Part shown: positions 1 to 12,660 of the stretch, in pieces
Layout: each line of letters starts with the position of its first letter
Numbering within the stretch: the first letter of the stretch is position 1
Origin: Eledone cirrhosa
Taxonomy: Eukaryota
NCBI GenBank assembly: GCA_964016885.1
Contig: OZ024743.1
Coordinates: forward strand, 189,410,001-189,474,000
DNA length: 64,000 nt
Reading direction: 5' to 3'
The notes under the pieces: model-generated
What the model was told of the DNA's origin: nothing
The model's input: only the letters and a program-made list of their open reading frames with translations
The model's database searches: none
Made by a program: the position numbers and the translations under genes

Positions 1-385
1 ACAGTACTCCCTCCCTCCTAAATCTCTCAATTTGTATGATGAATTATTATTATTCATCTGTTGCCTCAGCTGCCTGTCATTTTCACCCCCTCACTATTTC
101 TCTCTCCCATATCTCTCTCTATCTCTCTCTGTTTTTCTTTACATACATTTATTCCTTCTCTCCGTCTTTCTTTCTAACCGTGCTTAACACTAAATATTTA
201 CAAACATTTCACTACCAAACCAACTTTTTAAATGGAAGTTGATCAATATTTATGGTACGTCAAATTTATTTATCAAACTGCTTATATATTGTATTTTATC
301 TGAAGAAGGCATGCCATATTTTGAATATGGTATCCCTGAAATATGTATAATGAAATAAATATTAAAATTTTAAATAACACTTTTG
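1..385 (+). mobile_element. 3' end (pLTR) of a Penelope-like element
   Basis: Pyrimidine-rich UTR-like tract, then an HHR, ending in (TA)n; the HHR region is homologous to 51640-51790. Confidence 0.65.
288..360 (+). ncRNA. Type I minimal hammerhead ribozyme
   Basis: tattttat-CTGAAGA(300-306)-aggcatgccatatt/aatatggtatccct-GAAA(338-341)-tatgta-TA^-atgaaata. Confidence 0.8.
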
Positions 386-1163
386 TATATATATTATATA
401 TATATATATTATATATATAATATATATATAACTTTTGTATATATATTATATATATATATATTATATATATAATATATATATATATTATATATATATATAT
501 TATATATATATATATTATATATATATATAATATATATATATAATATATATATATATATATTATATATATAATATATATATATAATATATATATATATATT
601 ATATATATAATATATATATATATATTATATATATATATATTATATATATAATTGTTTCTACTTTAGGGACAAGGCCAGCAATTACCCAGTGCATTACTGG
701 TACTTTATTTTATCGACCCCGTAAGGATGAAAGGCAAAGTCAACCTCGGCGGGATTTGAACTCAGATCGTAAAGGGACGTAACTATGCTGGAAAGCATGG
801 CGTCCGACCCTCTACCGATACTGCCATTCCACCAATATATATTATATATATAATATATATATATATATTATATATATATATAATATATATATATAATATA
901 TATATATATATTATATATATATATATAATATATATATATAATATATATATATATATATTATATATATATATATAATATATATATATAATATATATATATA
1001 TATTATATATATATATATAATATATATATATAATATATATATATAATATATATTTATATATATTATATATATATATAATATATATAATATATATATATAT
1101 AATATATATATATATATTATATTTATATAATATATATATATATATATTATATATATATATATG

Positions 1164-1243
<80 letters not shown>

Positions 1244-1282
1244 TATATATATATATATTATTTATATATATATATATATATA

Positions 1283-1354
<72 letters not shown>

Positions 1355-1483
1355 ATATATATATATTATGTATATATATTATATATATATTATATATATT
1401 ATATATATATATTATATATATATATATATATATAATATATATATTATGTATATATATTATATATATATTATATATATTATATA

Positions 1484-1548
<65 letters not shown>
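385..1548. repeat. Degenerate (TA)n microsatellite array interrupted by a SINE
   Basis: TA dinucleotide with periodic TT/AA phase shifts; explains the YIYI ORF at 1161. Confidence 0.95.
651..833 (-). mobile_element. tRNA-derived SINE, family A (full length)
   Basis: B-box GAGTTCAAATCCC, body CTTTGCCTTTCATCCTTACGGGGTCGATAAAATAAAGTACCAG, tail TAGAAACAAT; many copies in window. Confidence 0.85.
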
Positions 1549-1549
<1 letters not shown>

Positions 1550-1620
1550 ATCAAGGGCGGTGCCCCAGCATGGCCTAAGCCGGATGGCTGAAACAGGTAA
1601 AAGAGTAAAAGAGTATATAT

Positions 1621-1703
<83 letters not shown>

Positions 1704-1981
1704 CAATATATATATAATATAACAACTTGATTTTAAAGGAACTTAGGAAAAATTACAAAAAAGCCCCGGCTGATGATCTTACTGAAATTAATGAAGAAGC
1801 CTACAAATTAATTACCAAATTTAGGAATATAAGGAAGAACCGAGACATTCTTACCTAGGCAGCTGAGGATTAACTTGAAGGATCACAAAAGAAATTTTGA
1901 GGAACAGATGCCAGTTAGGCGGATTGCTCCATCGAAATCGGATATTGGAACATCATCGATAGAATATTACCCACTCTTAAA

Positions 1982-3564
1982 TTGAGATCTAATTTGAGCT
2001 TATGGAAAGATTCAAATGAAGTCATAGATTGGTACAGGAATATAGATAAGAAAAACCATAAATTCATCCAGATGGTCATTACTAGTTACTATTCTTCCAT
2101 AACACCTAACCTTCTAAATAAGGCTCTTTCATATGCTTATAAGCATACTGATATAACCACGGATGAAATTGATATCATACTAACAGCTGGAAGAACTCTT
2201 ATTAACTTCAACAACGAATATCGGACCCGCTCAGATAGAGATAGAAACTTTGATATCACTATGGGGGCATCCGATTCCGCGCAAATCACAGATCTTCTAG
2301 GAATTTTCATATTAAATATGATAAATATAAAACTGCCGGAGATTACCGGTGGTTTATATAGGGACGACATTTTATTTACGGTAGTCAAACACAACAATAT
2401 AGAACTAAATAGAGTAAAGAAAATTATAATAGAATTCTTTAAAATGTACGACCGTAAGTTAGAAGTAGAAAATGGTACCAAAATAGTTAATTTCCTAGAC
2501 GTTACCTTTAACTTAAACACTGGCTTCTATTACCATTTTCATAAGCCCAATGAAAACTTAAACTATGTTAGTAACCATTCCAATCACCCTAAATCTGTAA
2601 AAAAAAAAAAGCTATAGTAAATAGTGTGCAAAAACGAATTAATAAAATATCAGCCAATAAAGCTATATTTGATGAAAATGCTGAATACTACAATAACGCG
2701 TTAAAAAGAGCAGGATATATGAATAATATAGAATATGTAGATAATAATAATCCAAGTATTAATCTTGATAAAAATAATAACATATATAAGAGAAACTCTA
2801 ATAATTATAATTCAAACACCCACACGCCAAATAAATCGAGGATAAGAACTAGAACTAAATCAGTCATATGGTTCCCCCTCCCACCACTGTTTCGGTCGCA
2901 GTTAAAACACCAAATGTAAAATTATTCTTTAACGCTTTGGACACCTCTTTCCCTACTCAAGATAAATACCATTCCATTTGTAATAGACATACCATTAAAT
3001 TCTCGTATTCTACAAACATTGCCAAATTAAACACTAAAATCCTAAAACAAAACCGGCATAATGATCTTAATAATAGAGTTAACATAAATGATACTAAACC
3101 AAAATGTAATTGTAGAAATAAAACTGATTGCCCTTTGCAAAATAATTGTCTAGATAGTAATTTGGTTTATAAATGCACCGTAAAAACTGATCACAACATA
3201 CAACTACATAGGATCGACTTCTTCTACATTTAAAGCCAGATTTGCGAACCATAAATGCTCATTCTCGAACTCCAAGTGGAAATCATCCACTTCTTTATCA
3301 CAGCTCATGTGGTCATTAAAAGAGAGGAATTTAAAATATTCCATTCTTTGGACAAAACTTCGGAACTGTGGAGTTTACCGCAACTCTAGTATATCAAATA
3401 ACTGCGCGCTATGTACAATGGAGACCCTGTTGATTATTAATAACTATGAGACCCTAATTAACAAAAAAAGTGAATTATTCTCTAGTTGCCTTCATAAAGC
3501 TACGTCCACATTCTTAGCCTCCCACAAAACTAGAAAAAAAGAGAGAGAAACACTAAACTATTAA
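1982..3564 (+). pseudogene. Frameshifted PLE reverse transcriptase / GIY-YIG endonuclease
   Basis: FDITMGASDSAQ..DLLG, GLYRDD, VNFLDVTFNL, SNHP, CNCRNKTDCPLQNNC linker, tac ata gga tcg act (YIGST), CALC..E; split across 4 ORFs. Confidence 0.9.
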
Positions 3565-4955
3565 AAACTTGGTTGTCAGACGTATATAATCAACAGGGGA
3601 AAACATTAATGGCCTTTAATATTGCATTATCTTATAACTATCTGTAGAAGAAATAACGCTCGAATCAAAGACACTTGTTCAATAACACGCCGGAACATTG
3701 ATATACATAACATAATATTATTAACTTTCTTTATTCCTCTATCTTTATCTTCCTATCTAAGTTTTAAATTTTAGTTTAATATCCAACCCATACATTTTTA
3801 CGGAACTTATTTCTAACTGTGAATCTTTCATGCGTTTACATTTTTTATCTCTTATTTATAATATGTATGTAATTATATTTTCTAAGTTTTTAAATATACC
3901 TCTGCATTTTTATATCCATGATTCAAATATAGAGCAAATATCTAAACTATACATTATTATAGACCTTATTTTGAACTCTGAATTATCCATGCATTTATTA
4001 TTGTTTTTCTTATATATATATATATATGTATTTAACTGTAACACGTCGAATTTTATTATATAAAATTATAACCGTTATCATTTACCTAAAGTATACTGTA
4101 TCACTAATACCTAATATATATCCATATATACCTCCCTGTATCTTTCTATACATAATTTTTAGTTAACTTCTAAATTTCTTGATTATTATTTATTTTGAAC
4201 TATGAATAATTAATGCATTTACACCCTCTTATATATAGGTATATATTTAACTTTAGCATGCCTCAATCTATTATTTTATTTTCGTTATCATTTACCTAAA
4301 ATATACTGGCTCATTAATATATATCTATATACATAATCGTTATTTAAATATTTCTAACAATAAGTACCTCATAAGCTTTACATACCGAATATGTTGACAT
4401 TGATTATCTTCGATAAAGTTTACATTTAGGAAAATATTCAACAGTGTAAACTTTCCTTTCCGCTGGCCAGCTAAATCCTTTAAATGTTATCCTCATAAAA
4501 TTCAGAAGTTTAGAAATGTTAACACACTTATAGAATTTACAAAACTAATAAATATAAATAACCAGCAATTTTTAAAAAAACCTAAAATCTTGATTCTTCA
4601 CCCTAAAATAGCATAAATTAAATATTTTCAAATTTAACCGTTTAACTTTCTGAAAAAATCTCTTTCTGCATATATTAACCCCCTTATCTTTCCCTCTCTA
4701 TACATCTTATTTCATGGCTCTCATTGACTGTTATAATCCATGAGATGTTTCCCTAGATAACCATAACTAGTAGTATCATACATTTTAAAATCTCTATAGC
4801 TAACCAACGTTTTTCTTACTCACACATTCTCTATTGAATTTATTACGTTTTCGCATTTTCTCATTATTAGGGTATAAATGTTAAATTTTCTCTTAGGTTA
4901 ATCACTACCTTGATTAAATCTTAACCATTTAACATCTCAGGGTATGTCATGTGTC

Positions 4956-5018
4956 ATTATATTTTGTCTGATGAGGACGTACTGTTGTACATCCGAAATA
5001 TGTATAATAAAATGTAAT
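4956..5018 (+). ncRNA. Type I minimal hammerhead ribozyme, canonical core
   Basis: attatattttgt-CTGATGA(4968-4974)-ggacgtac tgtt gtacatcc-GAAA-tatgta-TA^-ataaaatgtaat; 12-bp helix I including wobbles. Confidence 0.88.
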
Positions 5019-5051
5019 TGATCAAAAGAACATCTATTTTATTAATATTTG

Positions 5052-5090
<39 letters not shown>

Positions 5091-5132
5091 AAAGAAGGTT
5101 GACATGGTTTGCTATACAAAAAAGGTTTTTAA

Positions 5133-5252
5133 TCTCATAGCTGACAATTGTTTCTCTGAACTGGTAGGTCTAGAGATCGCTATTCGCTTGTTTTCACGTT
5201 ACTCGATCGCCAATACAAAATTATAACCAGTCAGTTCTTCGGAGCATGCGAG
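5133..5252 (-). ncRNA. Hammerhead ribozyme, CCGAAGA core, extended stem II
   Basis: Reverse complement of 7510-7629. Confidence 0.75.
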
Positions 5253-5626
5253 AATGAAGAGAATACACAGGCAAGAAAAGAATATACAGGCTACTATATG
5301 AAGTAGTAATGGCATTCAGTTAGAACAATAACAACAATTACAACAATGCTATTAATAAATTATTTGAGGAGACCCTGACATTACTTAGGTGGGGGGTATA
5401 GTGTATCTAAGATTTCGGCGTGTAAAACTAGCTGTCATGAGGCAGAAGTAAAAGTTTGGCATGTACAGAGTATCGAAGTGTGTATCAATTTTAAATTATA
5501 AAGATAAGCCAGTGTTTACAGTCTTTCTTTTCATCTTCAATAACATACATGAGTGGGACAACACTGTCAAAGCTAAATAGTTGTTGAGTTAATACAGAGG
5601 TTAAGGAGGTAATATACGCACACACG

Positions 5627-5666
<40 letters not shown>

Positions 5667-6381
5667 CATGTGTACATAGACACATACATACACATCAATG
5701 TACACTCGTACAAAAATATACATACATGCAAAGAGATAAGCGTTCTAATTGTAATTATGGCAAAAGGAAGGTAAAGTTACATTGTAGTAGTGATTTGAGA
5801 AAAACTAGGATTTAGGATCAAATGATGGCAGCAGCTGAGAAGGAATAAGTTTGTGGGTTGATGAGGTACTTACAGACATTTGTGTGGTATAGACTTGTGA
5901 AGGCTAGAGTATACTTAATGAGTATATTTCTGTGGGTAGTAGGTATCCTAATTTAAAGCTATGTTGTGTTGGTTCGATTCACGGAGGTTTGAATCTTATG
6001 AATTTAGTGGCAATTCTATGTCTGCAGAAGATAGATCTTTCTAACTTATTGTTAAGTAGCCTTTTAATATAAAACTTTTAATATAAAACTTTTGATATAA
6101 AACTATCATACTCAACAGCAGCAAACATAGAATCACACATACGCAAGATCAACCACAGAAATATCTCTAGTAAATCAACTGCACCTATACATAACGTAGC
6201 ACCAAATTATAAGCATAAACACATCACAACATCACAACCGCAAGCGCATACAAACGCGCAGCAGCAAAACCCCATTGGGCATATATCACAACCCACTTAT
6301 AACAGAGTACTAAACAGGAATGTAAAAGCTGCACAAAATAGCGCCTCAAACTGTAACTGTCACCTACCAGATAGGTGCCCA

Positions 6382-6777
6382 TTGGCGAACCGATGTCTCG
6401 ATTCGAGCCTAGTATACATGTGCACGGTCATCTCGGATAACTCCACCTGGAATTACATAGGATCCACTGCGGGTTCTTTTAAAAAAAGATGGTATGTGCA
6501 CAGGCACTCAATGAAAAACCGTGCACTTATGGGTTCCACAACCCTCGCCAAAAAAATATGGAAACTGAAGGACAGCAGCACTAACTACAGTATTAACTGG
6601 TCGAAGTTGTCGGCTGCTAAAACCTATAGTACAGGTATGTCCCACTGCGGGCTATGTGATCTTGAGCTAATGTATATCCTCAAAAATGTAAAAAGGCTAC
6701 TTAACAATAAGTTAGAAAGATCTATCTTCTGCAGACATAGAATTGCCACTAAATTCATAAGATTCAAACCTCCGTGA
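6382..6777 (+). pseudogene. PLE GIY-YIG endonuclease C-terminal fragment
   Basis: Upstream CNCHLPDRCPL, then LVYMCTV..WNYIGST..FKKRWYVH..CGLCDLE..CRH. Confidence 0.85.
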
Positions 6778-7095
6778 ATCGAACCAACACAACATAGCTT
6801 TAAATTAGGATACCTACTACCCACAGAAATATACTCATTAATCATACTCTAGCCTTCACAAGTCTATACCACACAAATGTCTGTAAGTACCTTATCAACC
6901 CATAAACTTATTCCTTCTCAGCTGCTGCCATCATTTGATCCTAAATCCTAGTTTTTCTCAAATCACTACTACAATGTAACTTTACCTTCCTTTTGCCATA
7001 ATTACAATTAGCACGCTTATCTCTTTGCATGTATGTATATTTTTGTACGAGTGTATATTGATGTGTATGTATGTGTCTATGTACACATGCATGTG

Positions 7096-7132
<37 letters not shown>

Positions 7133-7509
7133 ATAAATATATGCGTATATTACCTCCTTAACCTCTGTATTAACTCAACAACTATTTAGCTTTGACAGTG
7201 TTGTCCCACTCATGTATGTTATTGAAGATGAAAAGAAAGACTGTAAACACTGGCTTATCTTTATAATTTAAAATTGATACACACTTCGATACTCTGTACA
7301 TGCCAAACTTTTACTTCTGCCTCATGACAGCTAGTTTTACACGCCGAAATCTTAGATACACTATACCCCCCACCTAAGTAATGTCAGGGTCTCCTCAAAT
7401 AATTTATTAATAGCATTGTTGTAATTGTTGTTATTGTTCTAACTGAATGCCATTACTACTTCATATAGTAGCCTGTATATTCTTTTCTTGCCTGTGTATT
7501 CTCTTCATT

Positions 7510-7629
7510 CTCGCATGCTCCGAAGAACTGACTGGTTATAATTTTGTATTGGCGATCGAGTAACGTGAAAACAAGCGAATAGCGATCTCTAGACCTACCA
7601 GTTCAGAGAAACAATTGTCAGCTATGAGA
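7510..7629 (+). ncRNA. Hammerhead ribozyme, CCGAAGA core, ~81-nt stem II domain
   Basis: gct-CCGAAGA(7520-7526)-actgactggt...accagttcaga-GAAAC(7608-7612)-AATT-GTC^-agc. Confidence 0.75.
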
Positions 7630-7848
7630 TTAAAAACCTTTTTTGTATAGCAAACCATGTCAACCTTCTTTCCTGATTTATTATTACTCCAAGTGTTTAC
7701 AACATAGGAATTACAGCATACCCGCAGCATCACTATGAAAACGCCTTGTTGAGTCAAACCAAGCCAAGCGTTGATATCATCCACTACCTGGAATATAATA
7801 ACTGGACTATACCTAGGTGGACTGCATTTAACTATTATTTGTTACCCC

Positions 7849-7900
<52 letters not shown>

Positions 7901-7939
7901 AGAGAGAGAGAGCTCACATCATTTTATTTGTTCTTCAAA

Positions 7940-8300
7940 GCACACTTGGCATGGCCAATTAGACAAGTCCACTTCACCAACATCTCTTGAGGTTATTATC
8001 ACAAACGCCATGGCATATATATGTTTGCATGCAGATGAATATTCCATATTAAATTTTCAGCAGAAGCAGAATTTGGTAGAACAGTCAGTTTTAAAATTGC
8101 ATCTCTTCATCTCAAGAAGCTCTTTTAAAGCCAGTTCTTTATTGGTGAGAATGTCAATTTGTCAGTCTTGTTTTTCTGACTTTAATTGAGACATCCACTG
8201 CTCTACTTGAAAAAGTGTCTTTAGACTGTAAAATGTACCTGCATCTGATGTTGGTAGGAGTATATTGGAATCCACAAATGATTTACTGGTAATGGACCTT
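7940..8300 (-). mobile_element. DNA transposon protein C-terminal remnant (Academ-like, Cys-rich zinc finger)
   Basis: Manual translation LLPTSDAGTFYSLKTLFQVEQW...ELLEMKRCNFKTDCSTKFCFC*KFNMEYSSACKH resembles the LPPT + Cys8 tail; has stops. Confidence 0.55.
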
Positions 8301-9109
8301 AAGGTGAAATCACTGTAATCTGTGAATGTCAAGTAATGCACCTAGTTGAGCTCTGTACAAGCAAACTAAATCAGATTCAATTGCAGTTATAATGTCTATT
8401 TTGGTACTTTCTGGATATGACAATGTAGTGTTTGCATTTTCTTGAGATATATATATAGATCAACTTAGTGTAATTGTTGTGTTTTGCTGCAGCAAAATAT
8501 GGTGGCCTCTTGTGGCTAATTTTTTTAATACAACTTCCAGTCTCTTTGCTTTGATGAAAGTTAACAATTCTTCCAGCATGTCTACGTACTGAAGCTATGA
8601 CTTAGGTGTCCAACTTTTCTTCATGTCTTCTTTTTCCTTTGTAAGCTTTTGATATATGACTCATAGCATGTCAGAGCCTTGTAAGCTCTCTACCTGGATG
8701 GATTCACTGACTAGCCAATCATAAAATTCCCTTGTTCTATGAAGCTATTTTGGAAACTATTGCATCTAATCGTCATGACTGGTGTTTTCTTTATATTTTT
8801 CAGAAAAAGATAGTTTGTAGTCTGCAGCTGTATTCGATTATCATATTATTCATTTTCCTGGTTTGTATTTGACTGAAGTATTTATATGATATTTGTGTGC
8901 ATATGTATTGTGTGTGAGAGAGAGACCACATCTACAATACTAGCAATGATCTTAACACATTTTTATTATAAAAAACGAGGGGAGGATGGGTTGAATGAGA
9001 GAATATCTGAAGGGTGTTGTTGATGTGCTGATGTAACGAATCATTTCTTGATAGATTAAAGAATATGAACAAAAGATTAGATGCTGAAAAACATATTATC
9101 CCAACTAAA

Positions 9110-9720
9110 ATATATTTTTCTAAACTTCAGATCAGCTAATGTTTTCATAGCACTTTCTAAAGATTTTTTTTACAGTATCATTTTCTATTGGAAAAATTGC
9201 CAAATAATTTAATGTCTTGCATCATGAATAGCCTCAAATATATCTTTATGAGCTTGGGTTTACTAAAAACCCCTCTCTCTCTTGTTGTCATCCGTAATGC
9301 AATCATCAGATTCAGCATGACATCCAGTAACTTATTATTTTTGATGAATCTAATGGCTTCTATGAGAAACTTTATATCTCCAGGAAATAATTCTTTTGCA
9401 TCATCCAGTTAAGATCATGCTTCTAGTCATTAATTCTAGATTTTCCTAAAATAACATTTGAGATGCACAAAACTTTGCAACAAAGCAATACATTTTATTG
9501 ATATTCTCTGAATAAATAACCTATCTTCTAAGAAAATGTTCATCGCTGATAATTTTCTTATACATTATTGTAACAGAGAAACTACATATATTTGCATACT
9601 TTAGACAACTTTACTGTATATTAATAGGATGAAGTCCATACATAGCCATATGATCAGTTTCTGCCAATGATAATTCCTCCAGCCAGTAAGATGGATCATA
9701 GTAGTTGACATTTCATTGGT
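9110..9720 (-). mobile_element. hAT (ZMYM1-like) transposase remnant, internally deleted
   Basis: YDPSYW, VIYSENINKMYCF (TTF-type zinc finger-like), NLMIALRM...FSKPKLIKIYLR (hAT dimerisation-like). Confidence 0.6.
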
Positions 9721-10467
9721 GGGGGTGGGTGGGATTTTCAAATTTACTTCTAAAATTTTCAGAATTCTTGGCTATAACAATATTTCCTAAGTTTTCAACT
9801 ACATTGCAAATGTAATAATGGTGTTCTGATCCTTTCCTACAATCACACTTTCTTTCAGGTTCAGGTGGTATGTTATCTTTAATTGGTTTAACTTCACAAG
9901 CACAAGATGATAAATCTAGAGAGTTAGATACAGTGAAAGAAGTGGAACTTGGATTATTCCCACATGCTACATTTGTGCAGTATATTTTGAAATAATTTCT
10001 GCAAAATAGAAGCATTTATTAATAACGTATTTGTTATTTTATATTAAAAACACTTCAAATTATATTTTTCTGTCAATATTAGATTTCAAAAATTCAACAG
10101 TTACAAATGCGTTTAAACAACTGGCTACAGTATTTTTTTTTTTACTTCAAAATAACTTTTTTACTTCAAAAGAACAGCCTGATAAATTCTTGCATCTAAT
10201 AAGTATTATGGCATAACAGGTCAATGTCACAAAGTTGATCATAACCATCATTCCATCATTCATTTATTGTTAGTCAATTTATTTATTCATCTAATTATGT
10301 CTTTATTCATTTATGTATTTGAATACTATCTGACCTGTGTGTGTGCATGTATGTGTTGTATGTGTGAGTATGTGTTTTGGAGAAGTGTGTTATTTGTTTA
10401 TGATGGTGTTTGTCTATCTAGTTTCAAAATATTTACAATGAATATCTATTTTCAAAATGTTTACATT

Positions 10468-10995
10468 ATCATCATCATCATTTTTAAGCCCACTTTCCAT
10501 GCTTGCATGGTTTGGATGGATCCTTCTCAGCATGACATCTCTCCACTTCTCACATTCCTTTGTCATCTCTGCCAGTCTTACCGATTTGAGGTCCACTCTG
10601 ACAACCTATACCCAGGTCTTTTTGGTAGTCCTCTATTGCGATTTCCTTCCGTTGTGATTTCCTGGCATTTCTTCAGTCATTGGTCATTGTCCATTTGCAT
10701 CACATGTCTAAACCAGTGCAGTCTTCACTCTGCTGCACATTATCTTGGATTCTCCTTAAACCCAGCTTCTCCCTCAGCTCGTACAAGCTCTGCCATTCTC
10801 TCACATTTACATTCCAATGAAACATGGTTACTTCATTTCTTTCAACCCTGCACATGTCCTTTGCAGTGACAGCTCATCTTTCACTACCATGCAGCATCGC
10901 CTACCACACAGAGGCATCATACAGCCTTCCTTTTGTACATAGGGAGAAACCTATGTACAGCAGTGGAAGCAGTTCTCTAAACTTCTTCCATCCTA
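10468..10995 (-). mobile_element. RTE-clade LINE 3' fragment
   Basis: DLKSVRLAEMTKECEKWRDVM; 3' tail CCATGCAAGCATGGAAAGTGG..(GAT)n; homologous to 23868-24250. Confidence 0.8.
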
Positions 10996-11389
10996 TCTAT
11001 TTTCAAAATGCTTACAACTTTTCATATTCGACGCATTTACTGGAATTTTCTTTATTGTTTTGGGAATTTTATTTTCCATTAAGACAGGAAAATATAATTT
11101 AGATACTGCATACTCTCTATTATTTTCTTTGTCATTCTTCTCTCTCTCTCTTTCGACTATCTACTTATCCCTTTCCCTCACTCTATCTCTATCATAGTCT
11201 ATATTATATCCAGATGCATATGGGCGCTTTCTAGCAGGAAATCATGACTCTAAAAGTTCTTTTGACTGTTTGTTAAATATAAACTATATAAGATCACACC
11301 CACTATCCATAGATTGTGTTTGTGCATGAATGCATAACTGTACTTGGGCTATGGAAATATATTTTTATCTGTATATACTCCTCTGTCCT

Positions 11390-11459
<70 letters not shown>

Positions 11460-12237
11460 AGAGAGAGAGAGAGAGAAAGACAGATAGAGAGTGACAGAGA
11501 GGGATAAAAGGATACTGTGGTTAAGTATATTAAAGGCTAGAAAAACTGTTAGGAACTCTGGAAGAAATAATGGAAGAAAGAAATTGGCCAATCTGGTGCC
11601 GCTAAGATACATTTATTTTATGAGGAATCTTTGATGGAAATTGAAGCAGCAATTCACCATGGTAGTCTTCAGATGGATGTTTCCTGAACCAGGAATAGAT
11701 TCCAACTATAGTATCTGAAGCTTTTTGAATTGCATAATGTAATCAACACCACTCCGAAATAATACATCAATTTGATGATATTTTGCTGAAATCAAAATGT
11801 GGTAAAGAATGCCAGTGACCTTTATAATTTCTATATTGCTTATTATAATGGGAATCCCATTATCCTACAACCATAAACAACATATTCTACTTTTTATTAC
11901 ATGTGGATGTATAAAATATCAATCTTAACATATTGCTTTCATATAATTGCCAAACAGTAATAAAAATAGAAAAAGTCCAGCTTTCTTTAGTTGTGGAATA
12001 TATAGCAAATGCATTTATATAGCAGCCGTGTTCAAATGTATGTGCATCATGATATACTGCAATCAATTACACCAATGAAAGATAGCACCAAAGAACATTA
12101 TCTTCTAAGAAAAGCAGAAGTAGCTGCAGTGGCAGGAATAACAACAATATCAAGAAAAACAATAACAACAACAATATAAATAAGAACAACAAAAACAAAA
12201 CATATAGCAATATGCCCTTTAATTAGTAAAACCTTAT

Positions 12238-12660
12238 CATCATCATCATCATCATCATCATCTTCGTTTAACGTCCATTTTCCATGCTAGCATGGGTTAG
12301 ACGGGAGTTGTCCCACTTGAGGCAAGGTTGGTCGGGTGACCGTGTCTCACTCATATAGGACTATCTGGCAGCTTTTCTACGGCTGGATGCCCTTCCTAAT
12401 ACCAACCACATTTACAGAGTTGAACTGGGAACTTTTTACCATGTTACCTACATGGCCACATTACAGCGTAGACTGTGTGTTTTTTTCTCGTGACACCTAC
12501 ACGATCTCGATCTCATTTATTTGGACTGGATGTTGTAGTACCAACTTTATAGAGAGAGGGTGGTGTTGGTGGGAGTGGGAGGATAGAGTAGGGGTAGTGG
12601 ATTGGGGTGTATATTTGGTTAAGAGGTGCCTACTGACTGTAGGTTTCGCTTTGTACATAG
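12238..12660 (-). mobile_element. RTE-tailed non-coding retroposon
   Basis: GGAAGGGCATCCAGCCGTAGAAA motif and RTE tail; homologous to 52224-52640. Confidence 0.7.

Larger units (their letters stand above)
1720..5060 (+). mobile_element. 5'-truncated Penelope-like element (probably Naiad-type) with long AT-rich 3' UTR ending in an HHR
   Basis: RT and GIY-YIG remnants plus HHR at 4956-5018; flanked by (TA)n. Confidence 0.85.
5089..7850. mobile_element. PLE fold-back insertion: inverted copy 5089-6065 (-) joined head-to-head with 5'-truncated element 6100-7850 (+)
   Basis: Arms 5089-6065 and 6691-7673 are near-identical reverse complements; GIY-YIG ORF in the unique centre. Confidence 0.9.

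Noticed and set aside
1161-1550. Long YIYI / HTHT / CVCV ORFs here and throughout the ORF track
   Set aside because: Translations of (TA)n and (CA)n microsatellites
1769-1790. CTGATGA...GAAA inside the PLE ORF
   Set aside because: No stem II or helix I pairing; chance match
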